This document shows positions 26,675 to 34,985 of a stretch of 64,000 bases of DNA, piece by piece (position 1 is the stretch's first letter; each line of letters starts with the position of its first letter). The stretch comes from Candidatus Moraniibacteriota bacterium (GTDB lineage Bacteria > Patescibacteriota > Minisyncoccia > Moranbacterales > UBA2206), in NCBI GenBank assembly GCA_049303795.1, contig JBAQNM010000013.1:2784-66783 (forward strand), given 5' to 3'. The notes beneath the pieces were generated by a model that was given only the letters and a program-made list of their open reading frames with translations, did not search any database and was not told the origin of the DNA. Both the position numbers and the translations under genes were made by a program.

Positions 26675-28504
26675 ATGAACAAAGAAAAAAGCTTAGCCCA
26701 GGCTAGAAAACATTTAACTTATATTTGTGAAAGCATAGTCAACGAACTTCAAAAGACAAAAGATTCACTGAAGCGAAGTAAAGAAAGATTTAGCTCGCTT
26801 TCGTATGCTGATCAAATGGTGGAAAGTAGAGTTATCAATTTCGGAGAAAAAAGGATCCAAGAATTGAAATATCTTGAAGGTTCACCATATTTCGTGCGTT
26901 GCGACGTGCTGTTTAATGAAGCAGAAAAAGAAGAAATTATTTATTTCGGAAAATTCGGCTTTGATAAAAAGGACATTTATTCGTGGATAGCTCCAGCTTC
27001 TGTTATTCGCTTTGAGAAACCAGGAGAAGTGAGCTATAGGCGTCCCGATGGAGCAATGCAGAAAATAAAGCTTTTGCGAAAAGACCAATATATGATCGTT
27101 GATGGTAAAATTAAATTTCTGTCATCAGAAGTATTGGGAATGCCACAAGAATTGATATATGAAGAATATTTTTCTACCAAGAAAAAAGATTTTATTCTTC
27201 CGGAAATTGTCGCCCAAATGGAAAAAGCTCAGGATCAGGTGATCAGAGCTTTCCATAAAGGTTCATTTCTTATTTCTGGTCCAGCTGGAAGTGGCAAAAC
27301 GACTCTAGCTTTGCACCGCGTGGCATATCTCACGCAATCTCCCGATTTGGCGGATATATATAAAAGTAAAACAGTGGTGGTTTTTGTTCAAGATGAAGGA
27401 ACAAGAGGCTATTTTTCGCATCTTCTTCCAGAGCTGGGAATTGATGATGTAAAAATTGTCACTTTTTCGCAGTGGGCTTTTGAGATATTAGATATTAAAG
27501 GAGTTTTCTTGGATAGATTTGGAAAATCAGAAGATGAAAGAGATCTATATGAATTTCAAAAATTAAAAGCATTGAAAAAAGTATCCAAATATTCAGGCAT
27601 GAAAAATGATAATTTTTCAATACTCGAAAAAATATATGAAAAATATTTCAATCAAGAACAAAAAAGATTATTTCAGAAGCAAAAGGAAGGTAAATTCTAT
27701 GACAGAATAGATTTAACTTTGCTTTTGAAAATATTCTATCGAAATAATAAAGGACTGAGCGTTATAAGGGATTCCTATATCGAACAAAAAAACGGATTAG
27801 TGAAAAAGAAACGCGGACCGGTATTTTTGGAATATTCTTTGGCTGTGATTGATGAATTTCAGAATTACTTACCTGATCAGTTGGAACTTATGAAGTCTTG
27901 TATTAATAAAAAAAATCAAGCACTTGTTTATGTTGGAGATATGGCTCAGCAAGTGAAGTTAGGAACAATTCGCCGATGGGAAGATATTGGAGAAAAAATG
28001 GAAGGTGATCGCAAAGTGATTTTGCAAAAAGTCTATAGAAATACGAAAAACATACTGTTATTTATAAAAAAATTAGGCTATCAAGTTGAAATACTTCCGC
28101 AATTAAAGGAAGGAGTGGAAGTGAGAGAGTATCTTTTTCAAACTAAAGATCAGGAAATAGAGAAAATTAAAAATATTATCAAAAACAGTAATTTTTCCAG
28201 TATTGGAATATTGGCAAAAGAGGATCAGTATTTGGTTGAATTTAGAAACGCTTTTTCTCAAAATAATAAAATTCATATAATGACGATGAGTGAATCGCAA
28301 GGAGTGGAATTTGACTGGGTAATTCTGGTGGGGATTAGTCAGGAAGCATTTTTCGTTTCTGATGAAAAAAATCACTCAGAACTGGCGCAAGAGAAAAAAA
28401 GAATTAACAAGGACTTACTATATGTGGCACTTACTCGAGCTATTTCTCAGTTGTATGTTATGGGCAAGGAAAAGTTGCAAGACATTATTCATAGGGATAT
28501 CTAA
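26675..28504 (+). CDS. UvrD/Rep-type SF1A DNA helicase (HelD-like, with ~190-aa N-terminal extension)
   Basis: Walker A ISGPAGSGKT, Walker B VIDEFQN, C-terminal SQGVEFDWVILVG and LYVALTRA motifs. Confidence 0.75.
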   Translation: MNKEKSLAQARKHLTYICESIVNELQKTKDSLKRSKERFSSLSYADQMVESRVINFGEKRIQELKYLEGSPYFVRCDVLFNEAEKEEIIYFGKFGFDKKDIYSWIAPASVIRFEKPGEVSYRRPDGAMQKIKLLRKDQYMIVDGKIKFLSSEVLGMPQELIYEEYFSTKKKDFILPEIVAQMEKAQDQVIRAFHKGSFLISGPAGSGKTTLALHRVAYLTQSPDLADIYKSKTVVVFVQDEGTRGYFSHLLPELGIDDVKIVTFSQWAFEILDIKGVFLDRFGKSEDERDLYEFQKLKALKKVSKYSGMKNDNFSILEKIYEKYFNQEQKRLFQKQKEGKFYDRIDLTLLLKIFYRNNKGLSVIRDSYIEQKNGLVKKKRGPVFLEYSLAVIDEFQNYLPDQLELMKSCINKKNQALVYVGDMAQQVKLGTIRRWEDIGEKMEGDRKVILQKVYRNTKNILLFIKKLGYQVEILPQLKEGVEVREYLFQTKDQEIEKIKNIIKNSNFSSIGILAKEDQYLVEFRNAFSQNNKIHIMTMSESQGVEFDWVILVGISQEAFFVSDEKNHSELAQEKKRINKDLLYVALTRAISQLYVMGKEKLQDIIHRDI

Positions 28505-28696
28505 AAAATAGCTGATTTTTGGTTGTATTTAAGCTCGTAAAGTTTTTTCATTTGACTAAAATCTAAATAAAATGTAGATTATATTATTAAATCAATAAAA
28601 TAGATAATGAATTTTGGAACCTTTAAAATTGAATAGGGTGAGAAAAAGGAAAAAAACCGAAATAATTAACGGTAAAAATAAGGAGAGGAGTGAACT

Positions 28697-28864
28697 ATGA
28701 GTACAGAATCTTGTGGATGCGGTGGAGCGCCAGCATGCCAAATTACAGAGGGCGACGAAGTATTTGATGTAAAAAAGTTTGTCGCAGAAAAAATGAAAAA
28801 AATGAGAGCATTATCCCCAGCTAAAAGGGGGAGGAAGGGAAAAGAGAAAATAAAAAAGAAGTAA
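28697..28864 (+). CDS. Small Cys-motif peptide (55 aa: MSTESCGCGGAPACQ... with Lys-rich tail)
   Basis: Strong RBS AAGGAGAGGAG 7 nt upstream; CGCGGAPAC motif; not in the ORF track (<60 aa). Confidence 0.4.
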   Translation: MSTESCGCGGAPACQITEGDEVFDVKKFVAEKMKKMRALSPAKRGRKGKEKIKKK

Positions 28865-28897
28865 TCAATCAATGCAAAAATGCAATGAAAGGAGATA

Positions 28898-29194
28898 TTG
28901 ATGAGCGAAAGAAAACCTGCACACGAAGCAGTTATTGACATGATAGATAAAATTATCGAGGGTGTCCTGGAAGATTTGAATGATTTACATGAAACTCACA
29001 AAGGTCTTTTGATTTTAATTAAAAGGGAAATCATTAGTACTCTCCTGGAAGTGCTTAGGCGTATGATTATCCCAAAAGAGGCTGTGCTTCAAGTAGCTGA
29101 TGCAATTAGAGATCTTAAGGCAAAATTGCCTGCTATGGAAGCAGAAATGCTTTTTCCGGAAAAAGTTATTCGCCAGATTATTCCACTTAGCTGA
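28898..29194 (+). CDS. Hypothetical helical protein
   Basis: RBS AAAGGAGA; 98 aa. Confidence 0.4.
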   Translation: MMSERKPAHEAVIDMIDKIIEGVLEDLNDLHETHKGLLILIKREIISTLLEVLRRMIIPKEAVLQVADAIRDLKAKLPAMEAEMLFPEKVIRQIIPLS

Positions 29195-29243
29195 AGACAT
29201 TAACCAAAAAATAAAATATTATAAGCGAGAGGAGGGTCGAATC

Positions 29244-29645
29244 ATGGCATGGTTAGTAAAAAGAAGAGACGGGATCGTGTTTAATCATGATTCAGGTGAA
29301 TTAAGCACAAATAATGGCGCTTTTATCGCATCCATCAGAGAAAACGAACATGGCCTACTTGAAATTGATCTTGGAATGGATACAGATTTCCGTTCTGATG
29401 ATGAAAAAATTCATGGATGTGGCTGGAAATGCGAAGAACATATGGGCTGCACAGTTTACTTGAATCAACAAGGCGGGACAATTGAGTATGAAGGAAGTCG
29501 ATGCGATCTTTCCAAAAAATCAGGAGAAGTTATCCAGATTAAAATTGTTAAAGTGAAAAATGCCGTTCCCATAACGCCTTATATTAAACCGAAAGTCAGG
29601 CCTGAATTTGCCAGGGGGATATTTAAGGCGGTCAGTTGGATCTGA
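29244..29645 (+). CDS. Hypothetical Cys/His-motif protein (133 aa; HGCGWKCEEHMGC). Internal start chosen over the 29100 ORF-track start.
   Basis: RBS GAGGAGGG 6 nt before the ATG at 29244; the upstream extension overlaps the previous gene and lacks an RBS. Confidence 0.4.
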   Translation: MAWLVKRRDGIVFNHDSGELSTNNGAFIASIRENEHGLLEIDLGMDTDFRSDDEKIHGCGWKCEEHMGCTVYLNQQGGTIEYEGSRCDLSKKSGEVIQIKIVKVKNAVPITPYIKPKVRPEFARGIFKAVSWI

Positions 29646-29688
29646 TGTGATAATGGTCTGTTGTTCGGTTTTTTAAAAATATTAACTT

Positions 29689-29724
29689 AGCGGTTCGAGA
29701 GTAAACTCTTGGCCGCTTTTTTTA
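29689..29724 (+). terminator. Intrinsic terminator
   Basis: GCGGTTCGAGAG...CTCTTGGCCGC stem followed by T7. Confidence 0.45.
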
Positions 29725-29949
29725 TTTAAAAAAATTATATTTAAAAAGACGCGTTGTGATTAAAGAATTAAAGATGAATTCAAGAATTCAAAGCCCCCTT
29801 TTTAAGTTCTAGAGCAATAACTTCATTTGGCTTGACAAAAGCCTTTTTTTCTGCTAGTGTTTCTTGATAAATTTGGAAATATTTTTTCTTATTTATTAAA
29901 GGAAATTACTGTTTTTTTACAATTAAATACAAAAGGAAAGGAACGCATC

Positions 29950-31350
29950 ATGTTATATTTTCTTATAACCATGTCCGTTGTCACCTCGGCGGTTACTGGG
30001 ATTGCTATTAAATTAATCTTAGATAGAACCCAGAATCCTTATGAGATAACTTGGAAGGAATACGCAATCGTGTTGGTTGTGATTTCTTTTTTGGCTGCTC
30101 CTGGTTCGGTTAAGTTAGGATGGGAGTTTGCCAAAGCAAACAAGTTAACTTATGGGGAGTATTGGAATGGCTGGGAAGTGGAAGCGATCAAAAAGCAAAT
30201 TGAATGTGAACGGGATGGTGATTGTGAATGTGAATACAATTGTGATCCCTATATTGTGATGGTGTCTTATTCTTGCAATTGCAACAATAAGGGGAATTGC
30301 AGTACTTGTTACAGGCCGGAAACTCGCTATCATTCTTGTCCCTATGTTGATGTTGAAACTGACTATATCGTCAGGACGACCATAGGCGAATATTTGATAG
30401 GAAATAACCGGCTTCCAGATGATCCTCAAAAACATCGATGGAGAAAAAATGAATCAATTCCGGAAAGTGTTATTAGGGAAGCTGGAACTGGTCCGCATCC
30501 GTTTTGGGTGGCGGCAAAAAAGCGACTCGATGAAAACCTGCCCGGGCCTGTTACCAAGCGTGTTGATTATGAAAATTATATATATGCGAGTGACAGGACG
30601 ATTCTGAAGCAGTATTCCGGAGAAATTAAAAAGTTTTCAAGTAATAATCTTTTGCCTAACGTTCAATCAGGCATATCTCAGTTCTACTATGCCAATAAAG
30701 TTTATTTTGTGGGCTTTCGCCCCAAAGAAGCTGACGAATGGCAACGTAAATTGAGTTATTTCAATGCTGCGCTCGGAAGGCGTCTTCAGGGGGATTTGCA
30801 TTTGGTGATTATTCAAAATGAGCTTATTTTAAATAATCCCGATGAATATGCGATAGCCCTCAAGGCTCATTGGCAAGACAATGAAAGATTTGAAAAAAAC
30901 GCTTTCAGCAAAAATGCCATTGCTATATTGATCGGCACTATAGATGGAAAAACAATTTCTTGGGCCAGAGCTTTTACCGGCATGCCAATGGGAAATGAAG
31001 AATTAAGCACGGCCGTAGTCGGAAAACTTAAGGGCCTTGCATTGGATCCGGGAATTGTGATTGGCGATGTCCAAGGAGTGCTTTCTAAAAAAGCAATTTC
31101 GGAAAAACATGGAAAGGGGGTATTGGAAGATATTGTATTTGGCATAAGTGAAGAAGAAACAAAATTTCGCAGGGTTAGCATGACAGCAAAAGATAGAAGT
31201 GATAATGGTGGTGGTTTTCTATATTTAATGACAGAAATAAAACCAACACCAAATCAACAAATCTTAATTGTCATTTTAACTTTCGTGTTTTGTTGCTTCG
31301 GTTGGATAGCTGCAGTTTTCATTGGCGATCGGGCCTATCATCGATATTAA
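29950..31350 (+). CDS. Membrane protein with Cys-rich domain and C-terminal TPM (DUF477)-like region
   Basis: N- and C-terminal TM helices; 15-Cys segment (ECERDGDCECEYNCDPY...CNCNNKGNCSTCY); the C-terminal half loosely resembles the TPM phosphatase fold; RBS AAAGGAAAGGAA before the ATG at 29950. Confidence 0.45.
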   Translation: MLYFLITMSVVTSAVTGIAIKLILDRTQNPYEITWKEYAIVLVVISFLAAPGSVKLGWEFAKANKLTYGEYWNGWEVEAIKKQIECERDGDCECEYNCDPYIVMVSYSCNCNNKGNCSTCYRPETRYHSCPYVDVETDYIVRTTIGEYLIGNNRLPDDPQKHRWRKNESIPESVIREAGTGPHPFWVAAKKRLDENLPGPVTKRVDYENYIYASDRTILKQYSGEIKKFSSNNLLPNVQSGISQFYYANKVYFVGFRPKEADEWQRKLSYFNAALGRRLQGDLHLVIIQNELILNNPDEYAIALKAHWQDNERFEKNAFSKNAIAILIGTIDGKTISWARAFTGMPMGNEELSTAVVGKLKGLALDPGIVIGDVQGVLSKKAISEKHGKGVLEDIVFGISEEETKFRRVSMTAKDRSDNGGGFLYLMTEIKPTPNQQILIVILTFVFCCFGWIAAVFIGDRAYHRY

Positions 31351-31375
31351 AAAAATAAAATAGGGAGAAAATAGC

Positions 31376-32029
31376 ATGAAAAAAAATGAGACAGGAAGTG
31401 CGAAAATCGTTTTGATTTCACTGGCTTGTGTTTTTGGTTTTATTCTTTTTGCAGTTCTGGGCGTATACGGATATGTGAATGGACTCCGATCGACGAGCAT
31501 CAGCTATGAAACACAGCTGAACGCCCAGTACCTGGCAAATCAGAATTATCTCTCGGCCTACATCAGTGGATTTTATGAGCAGATCGGCGTCGGGAATTTG
31601 AAGAGTGACAAGCTCGACAAGATTCTGCTGGATGCCGTGAAGGGTCGTTATGAGAAAGAGGGCTTCTCGAGTAACGGAGCTCTCTTTTCTGCCATTGCCG
31701 AAGCCTATCCCGATCTTTCTGGCTTAAATATTTTCGACAAAATCGTTGATTATATTGCCAGCAAAAGGGAAGGCTATCGAGCCATTCAGGATAAGCTTCT
31801 GGATATGCTTCGCAGTTATGATGCGTGGCGACAAGATGGTTTTGTCCAAAGTCAGATTGTGGCATCATTCCTTGGTGTGCCAAGCCAAAGGCTGGAAGCT
31901 CGTATCGGCGATTCTGTGTTGCGTGGGTCAGAAGCGCGAGAAAAGATGTGGCAGATCGTGCTGACTCAAGAAGCGAAAGATGCTTATCAGTCAGGCACGA
32001 TGGCACCACTTTCGGTAAATCCGAAATAA
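31376..32029 (+). CDS. LemA-family membrane protein
   Basis: N-terminal TM then LemA-like helical region (QLNAQY.., LDAVKGRYEKEGF); RBS AGGGAGAAAA; GC-rich, so spurious ORFs appear on both strands. Confidence 0.5.
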   Translation: MKKNETGSAKIVLISLACVFGFILFAVLGVYGYVNGLRSTSISYETQLNAQYLANQNYLSAYISGFYEQIGVGNLKSDKLDKILLDAVKGRYEKEGFSSNGALFSAIAEAYPDLSGLNIFDKIVDYIASKREGYRAIQDKLLDMLRSYDAWRQDGFVQSQIVASFLGVPSQRLEARIGDSVLRGSEAREKMWQIVLTQEAKDAYQSGTMAPLSVNPK

Positions 32030-32056
32030 TGTTGGTGTGTGTTTGAATTTATAGTG

Positions 32057-32098
32057 GAGGAGGTATCTCAGAGAAATCTGAGGTACCTCTTTTTTTAT
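32057..32098 (+). terminator. Strong intrinsic terminator (13-bp stem, GAAA loop, T8)
   Basis: GAGGTATCTCAGA-GAAA-TCTGAGGTACCTC then TTTTTTTT. Confidence 0.65.
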
Positions 32099-32387
32099 CA
32101 TTAAAATTCCGAAAGGGATTTGATGAAAAGAAAACGAATTATCTATAATAGGGATGATAATATTAATTATGTTATTTCCATTTTTCATGGAATTAAAAAA
32201 TATTACAATTTTACAATTTCAGTTGAGTGATGTTTTAAAGCTAGAATTAATATCGCGACAGCTGATAATTGAAAAGTATTTTATAAATCATCTTATATTT
32301 TGTAGCAATTTAACATTGTTTTAAAAGTTGGTTAACTTTAGCTGATAATGCTATAATATAAAAAGTAATTAGTATATATTAAATCAA

Positions 32388-32915
32388 ATGAAAATAGAAA
32401 ATATCTCCGAAGAATGGTTAAAAAAACAAGAATTTGAAATTAAAAATGGCATAACGATTGATGGTGTTTTCTTGAAGGATCTGACAACTCATCTTGATGA
32501 TCGAGGTGATGTGATTGAGCTTTGGAGTGAGGGTTGGGATGAATATAAAGAAGGTTTTGTTCGACCAACAACTCATGTCTATCAAAGCGCAACTGATCCT
32601 GGTGTGGTGAAATGTTGGCATCTTCATGCAATTCACACCGATCAATTTACTGTCACAAGAGGAAAATTGCAAGTTTCTATGATTGACGTTAGAGTGGATT
32701 CGCCAACTTTTGGCCAGGCCAATAAAGTTATCTTGGGAATTCAAAAACCCAGATTTCTGAAGATTCCACCGGGAATAATGCATGGCTGGAAAGCTTTGGG
32801 AGAAGTTGAGAGTATCGTGGTTAATTTCCAGTCTCACCTGTTTGATTCGAAAGACGAATATAAATTCACTTGGGATTGTGTGCTGAAAGAAATTTGGGGA
32901 CCTAAGAATGGATAA
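32388..32915 (+). CDS. rmlC: dTDP-4-dehydrorhamnose 3,5-epimerase
   Basis: Cupin epimerase motifs (VVKCWHLHAIHTDQ, RGKLQVSMIDVR); 175 aa. Confidence 0.75.
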   Translation: MKIENISEEWLKKQEFEIKNGITIDGVFLKDLTTHLDDRGDVIELWSEGWDEYKEGFVRPTTHVYQSATDPGVVKCWHLHAIHTDQFTVTRGKLQVSMIDVRVDSPTFGQANKVILGIQKPRFLKIPPGIMHGWKALGEVESIVVNFQSHLFDSKDEYKFTWDCVLKEIWGPKNG

Positions 32916-33094
32916 TTCTAAAAAATCATAATTTACGCACTTACCGAGCAAAACTTTTCGTCTAGCCTAAATTTTTTAAAGATAGCATTCGATTTTTTTA
33001 TTACCAAGCTAGATCGCTTTAAATAAAAAATAATCACGCGCTTAAAAGTTTCGAGAGGTAAGTGCGTAAGTCTTAAAAATAATTTTTTAAAAAT

Positions 33095-34063
33095 ATGAAA
33101 CTATTAGTTACGGGTGGAGCCGGATTTATCGGTTCAAATTTTATTCTTTATTGGCTGAAAAAATATCCCAACGATCAAGTTGTTAATTTGGACGCGCTGA
33201 CTTATGCCGGAAACTTGGAAAACTTGAAGTCAGTGGAAATATTAGAAAATTATAAATTTATTCAAGGTGACATTGCCGACGAAAAAATAATCTCAGAACT
33301 TTTCGAAAAAGAAAAACCTGAATTGGTGGTGCATTTTGCGGCAGAAAGTCATGTTGATCGTTCGATTAATGATCCAGATATTTTCATCAAGACGAATGTC
33401 CTTGGAACACACAATTTATTGCGGTCAGCCTTGAAAAATAAGGTGCGCTTTCATCATGTTTCGACTGATGAAGTTTTTGGCTCGCTAAAAAAAGATGACC
33501 CGGCTTTTAATGAAAGCACTCCCTATGATCCGCGTAGTCCCTATTCCGCATCGAAAGCAGCTTCTGATCATTTGGTTCGCGCTTATTTCCATACTTTTGG
33601 CTTGCCAATTACCATTTCCAATTGTTCCAATAATTATGGAGCGTTTCAATTTCCCGAAAAACTAATCCCGCTTTTTATTACTAATTTAATGGAAGGCAAA
33701 AAGATTCCACTTTATGGTGATGGAATGAATATTCGCGATTGGCTCTATGTTGAAGATCATTGTTGGGCGATTGATACTGTCATTCAAAAAGGAAAAATTG
33801 GAGAAACTTATTGTGTTGGCGGAAATGTTGAAAAAACTAATAAAGAAATTGCTTATAAAATTTTGGAATTATTAGGCAAGGACGAAGAGGCGATTGAATT
33901 TGTAGCTGATCGATTGGGACATGATTTACGCTATGCGATTTCGGCTACTAAAATTAAAAATGAATTAGGTTGGGAGCCGACGGTTTCTTTTGAAGAAGGT
34001 ATGCGAGCGACAGTTCAGTGGTACCAAAACAATGAAGAGTGGTGGAAGAAATTAAAAAAATAA
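33095..34063 (+). CDS. rmlB: dTDP-glucose 4,6-dehydratase
   Basis: MKLLVTGGAGFIGS Rossmann motif and YSASKAASD catalytic YxxxK. Confidence 0.9.
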   Translation: MKLLVTGGAGFIGSNFILYWLKKYPNDQVVNLDALTYAGNLENLKSVEILENYKFIQGDIADEKIISELFEKEKPELVVHFAAESHVDRSINDPDIFIKTNVLGTHNLLRSALKNKVRFHHVSTDEVFGSLKKDDPAFNESTPYDPRSPYSASKAASDHLVRAYFHTFGLPITISNCSNNYGAFQFPEKLIPLFITNLMEGKKIPLYGDGMNIRDWLYVEDHCWAIDTVIQKGKIGETYCVGGNVEKTNKEIAYKILELLGKDEEAIEFVADRLGHDLRYAISATKIKNELGWEPTVSFEEGMRATVQWYQNNEEWWKKLKK

Positions 34064-34068
34064 ATCCA

Positions 34069-34950
34069 ATGGAAAAGCTAAAAATTATTATTATCGGTGC
34101 AAATGGAATGTTGGGTCAGGCGCTGGTAAAAAGTTTCAAAAAAGGTTCTCAATATTTGATTCTTGCTTGGGGCAAGGAAGATATTGATATTGCGGATGAA
34201 AAATTAGCCAAAGAAAAAATTCTTCGTGAGAATCCTTTTTTAATTATTAATGCCGCAGCTTATAACGCTGTGGATAAGATTGAAGAAGACGCCGAGGCTT
34301 ATGCTCTGGCAAAAAAAATCAACAGCGATGGGCCAAAATATTTAGCATTAATTGCTAAGCAATCGGGAATAGTTTTAGTGCATTATGTTTCTGATTATGT
34401 TTTTGACGGAGAAAAAAAAGAATATCTCGAAAGCGATTTGCCGAAACCAATCTCTCGCTATGGCGAAACAAAATTAGCAGGAGAGGAGAATGTGCGAAAA
34501 ATTCTTAAAAAATATTATTTAATTCGCATCTCGAAATTATTCGGAAAGCCAGGTGCATCTGAAGGGGCGAAAAAAAGTTTTTTTGCTGTGATGCTCGATT
34601 TGGCAAAGAAAAATAATACGCTTAAAGCTGTGGACGGCGAAATTTCTTGTTTCACATATGTTGATGATCTAGCTGATGCAACAAGAAAATTGGTGGAAAA
34701 AAGATTTCCTTTTGGCATCTATCATCTAGTCAATGAAGGTGAAGAAACATGGTATAGCGCTTTGGAGAAGTTTTTTAAACTTATTAAGATTGAGGGAGTA
34801 AAAATTTTACCTGTTTCATCTTCCGAGTTTCCTCGGCCGGCCAAAAGACCGAAACGATCAGTTTTGAAAAATACTAAATTTCCCCGTCTACGTTCTTGGC
34901 AGGAAGCAGTTAAGGATTGGCTTGAAAAAGATGGCTTATTAGAAAAATAA
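34069..34950 (+). CDS. rmlD: dTDP-4-dehydrorhamnose reductase. Internal ATG chosen; the ORF-track start at 34039 overlaps rmlB.
   Basis: KIIIIGANGMLGQ NAD(P)-binding motif; RmlD-like length. Confidence 0.8.
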   Translation: MEKLKIIIIGANGMLGQALVKSFKKGSQYLILAWGKEDIDIADEKLAKEKILRENPFLIINAAAYNAVDKIEEDAEAYALAKKINSDGPKYLALIAKQSGIVLVHYVSDYVFDGEKKEYLESDLPKPISRYGETKLAGEENVRKILKKYYLIRISKLFGKPGASEGAKKSFFAVMLDLAKKNNTLKAVDGEISCFTYVDDLADATRKLVEKRFPFGIYHLVNEGEETWYSALEKFFKLIKIEGVKILPVSSSEFPRPAKRPKRSVLKNTKFPRLRSWQEAVKDWLEKDGLLEK

Positions 34951-34985
34951 ATTAATCTAAATTATAAAATAAGAAAATTAAAAAA

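Noticed and set aside
31563-32046. Several overlapping ORFs on both strands (148 aa minus; 72-73 aa plus)
   Set aside because: Artefacts of locally elevated GC; the LemA-like + strand frame has RBS, TM and family-like sequence
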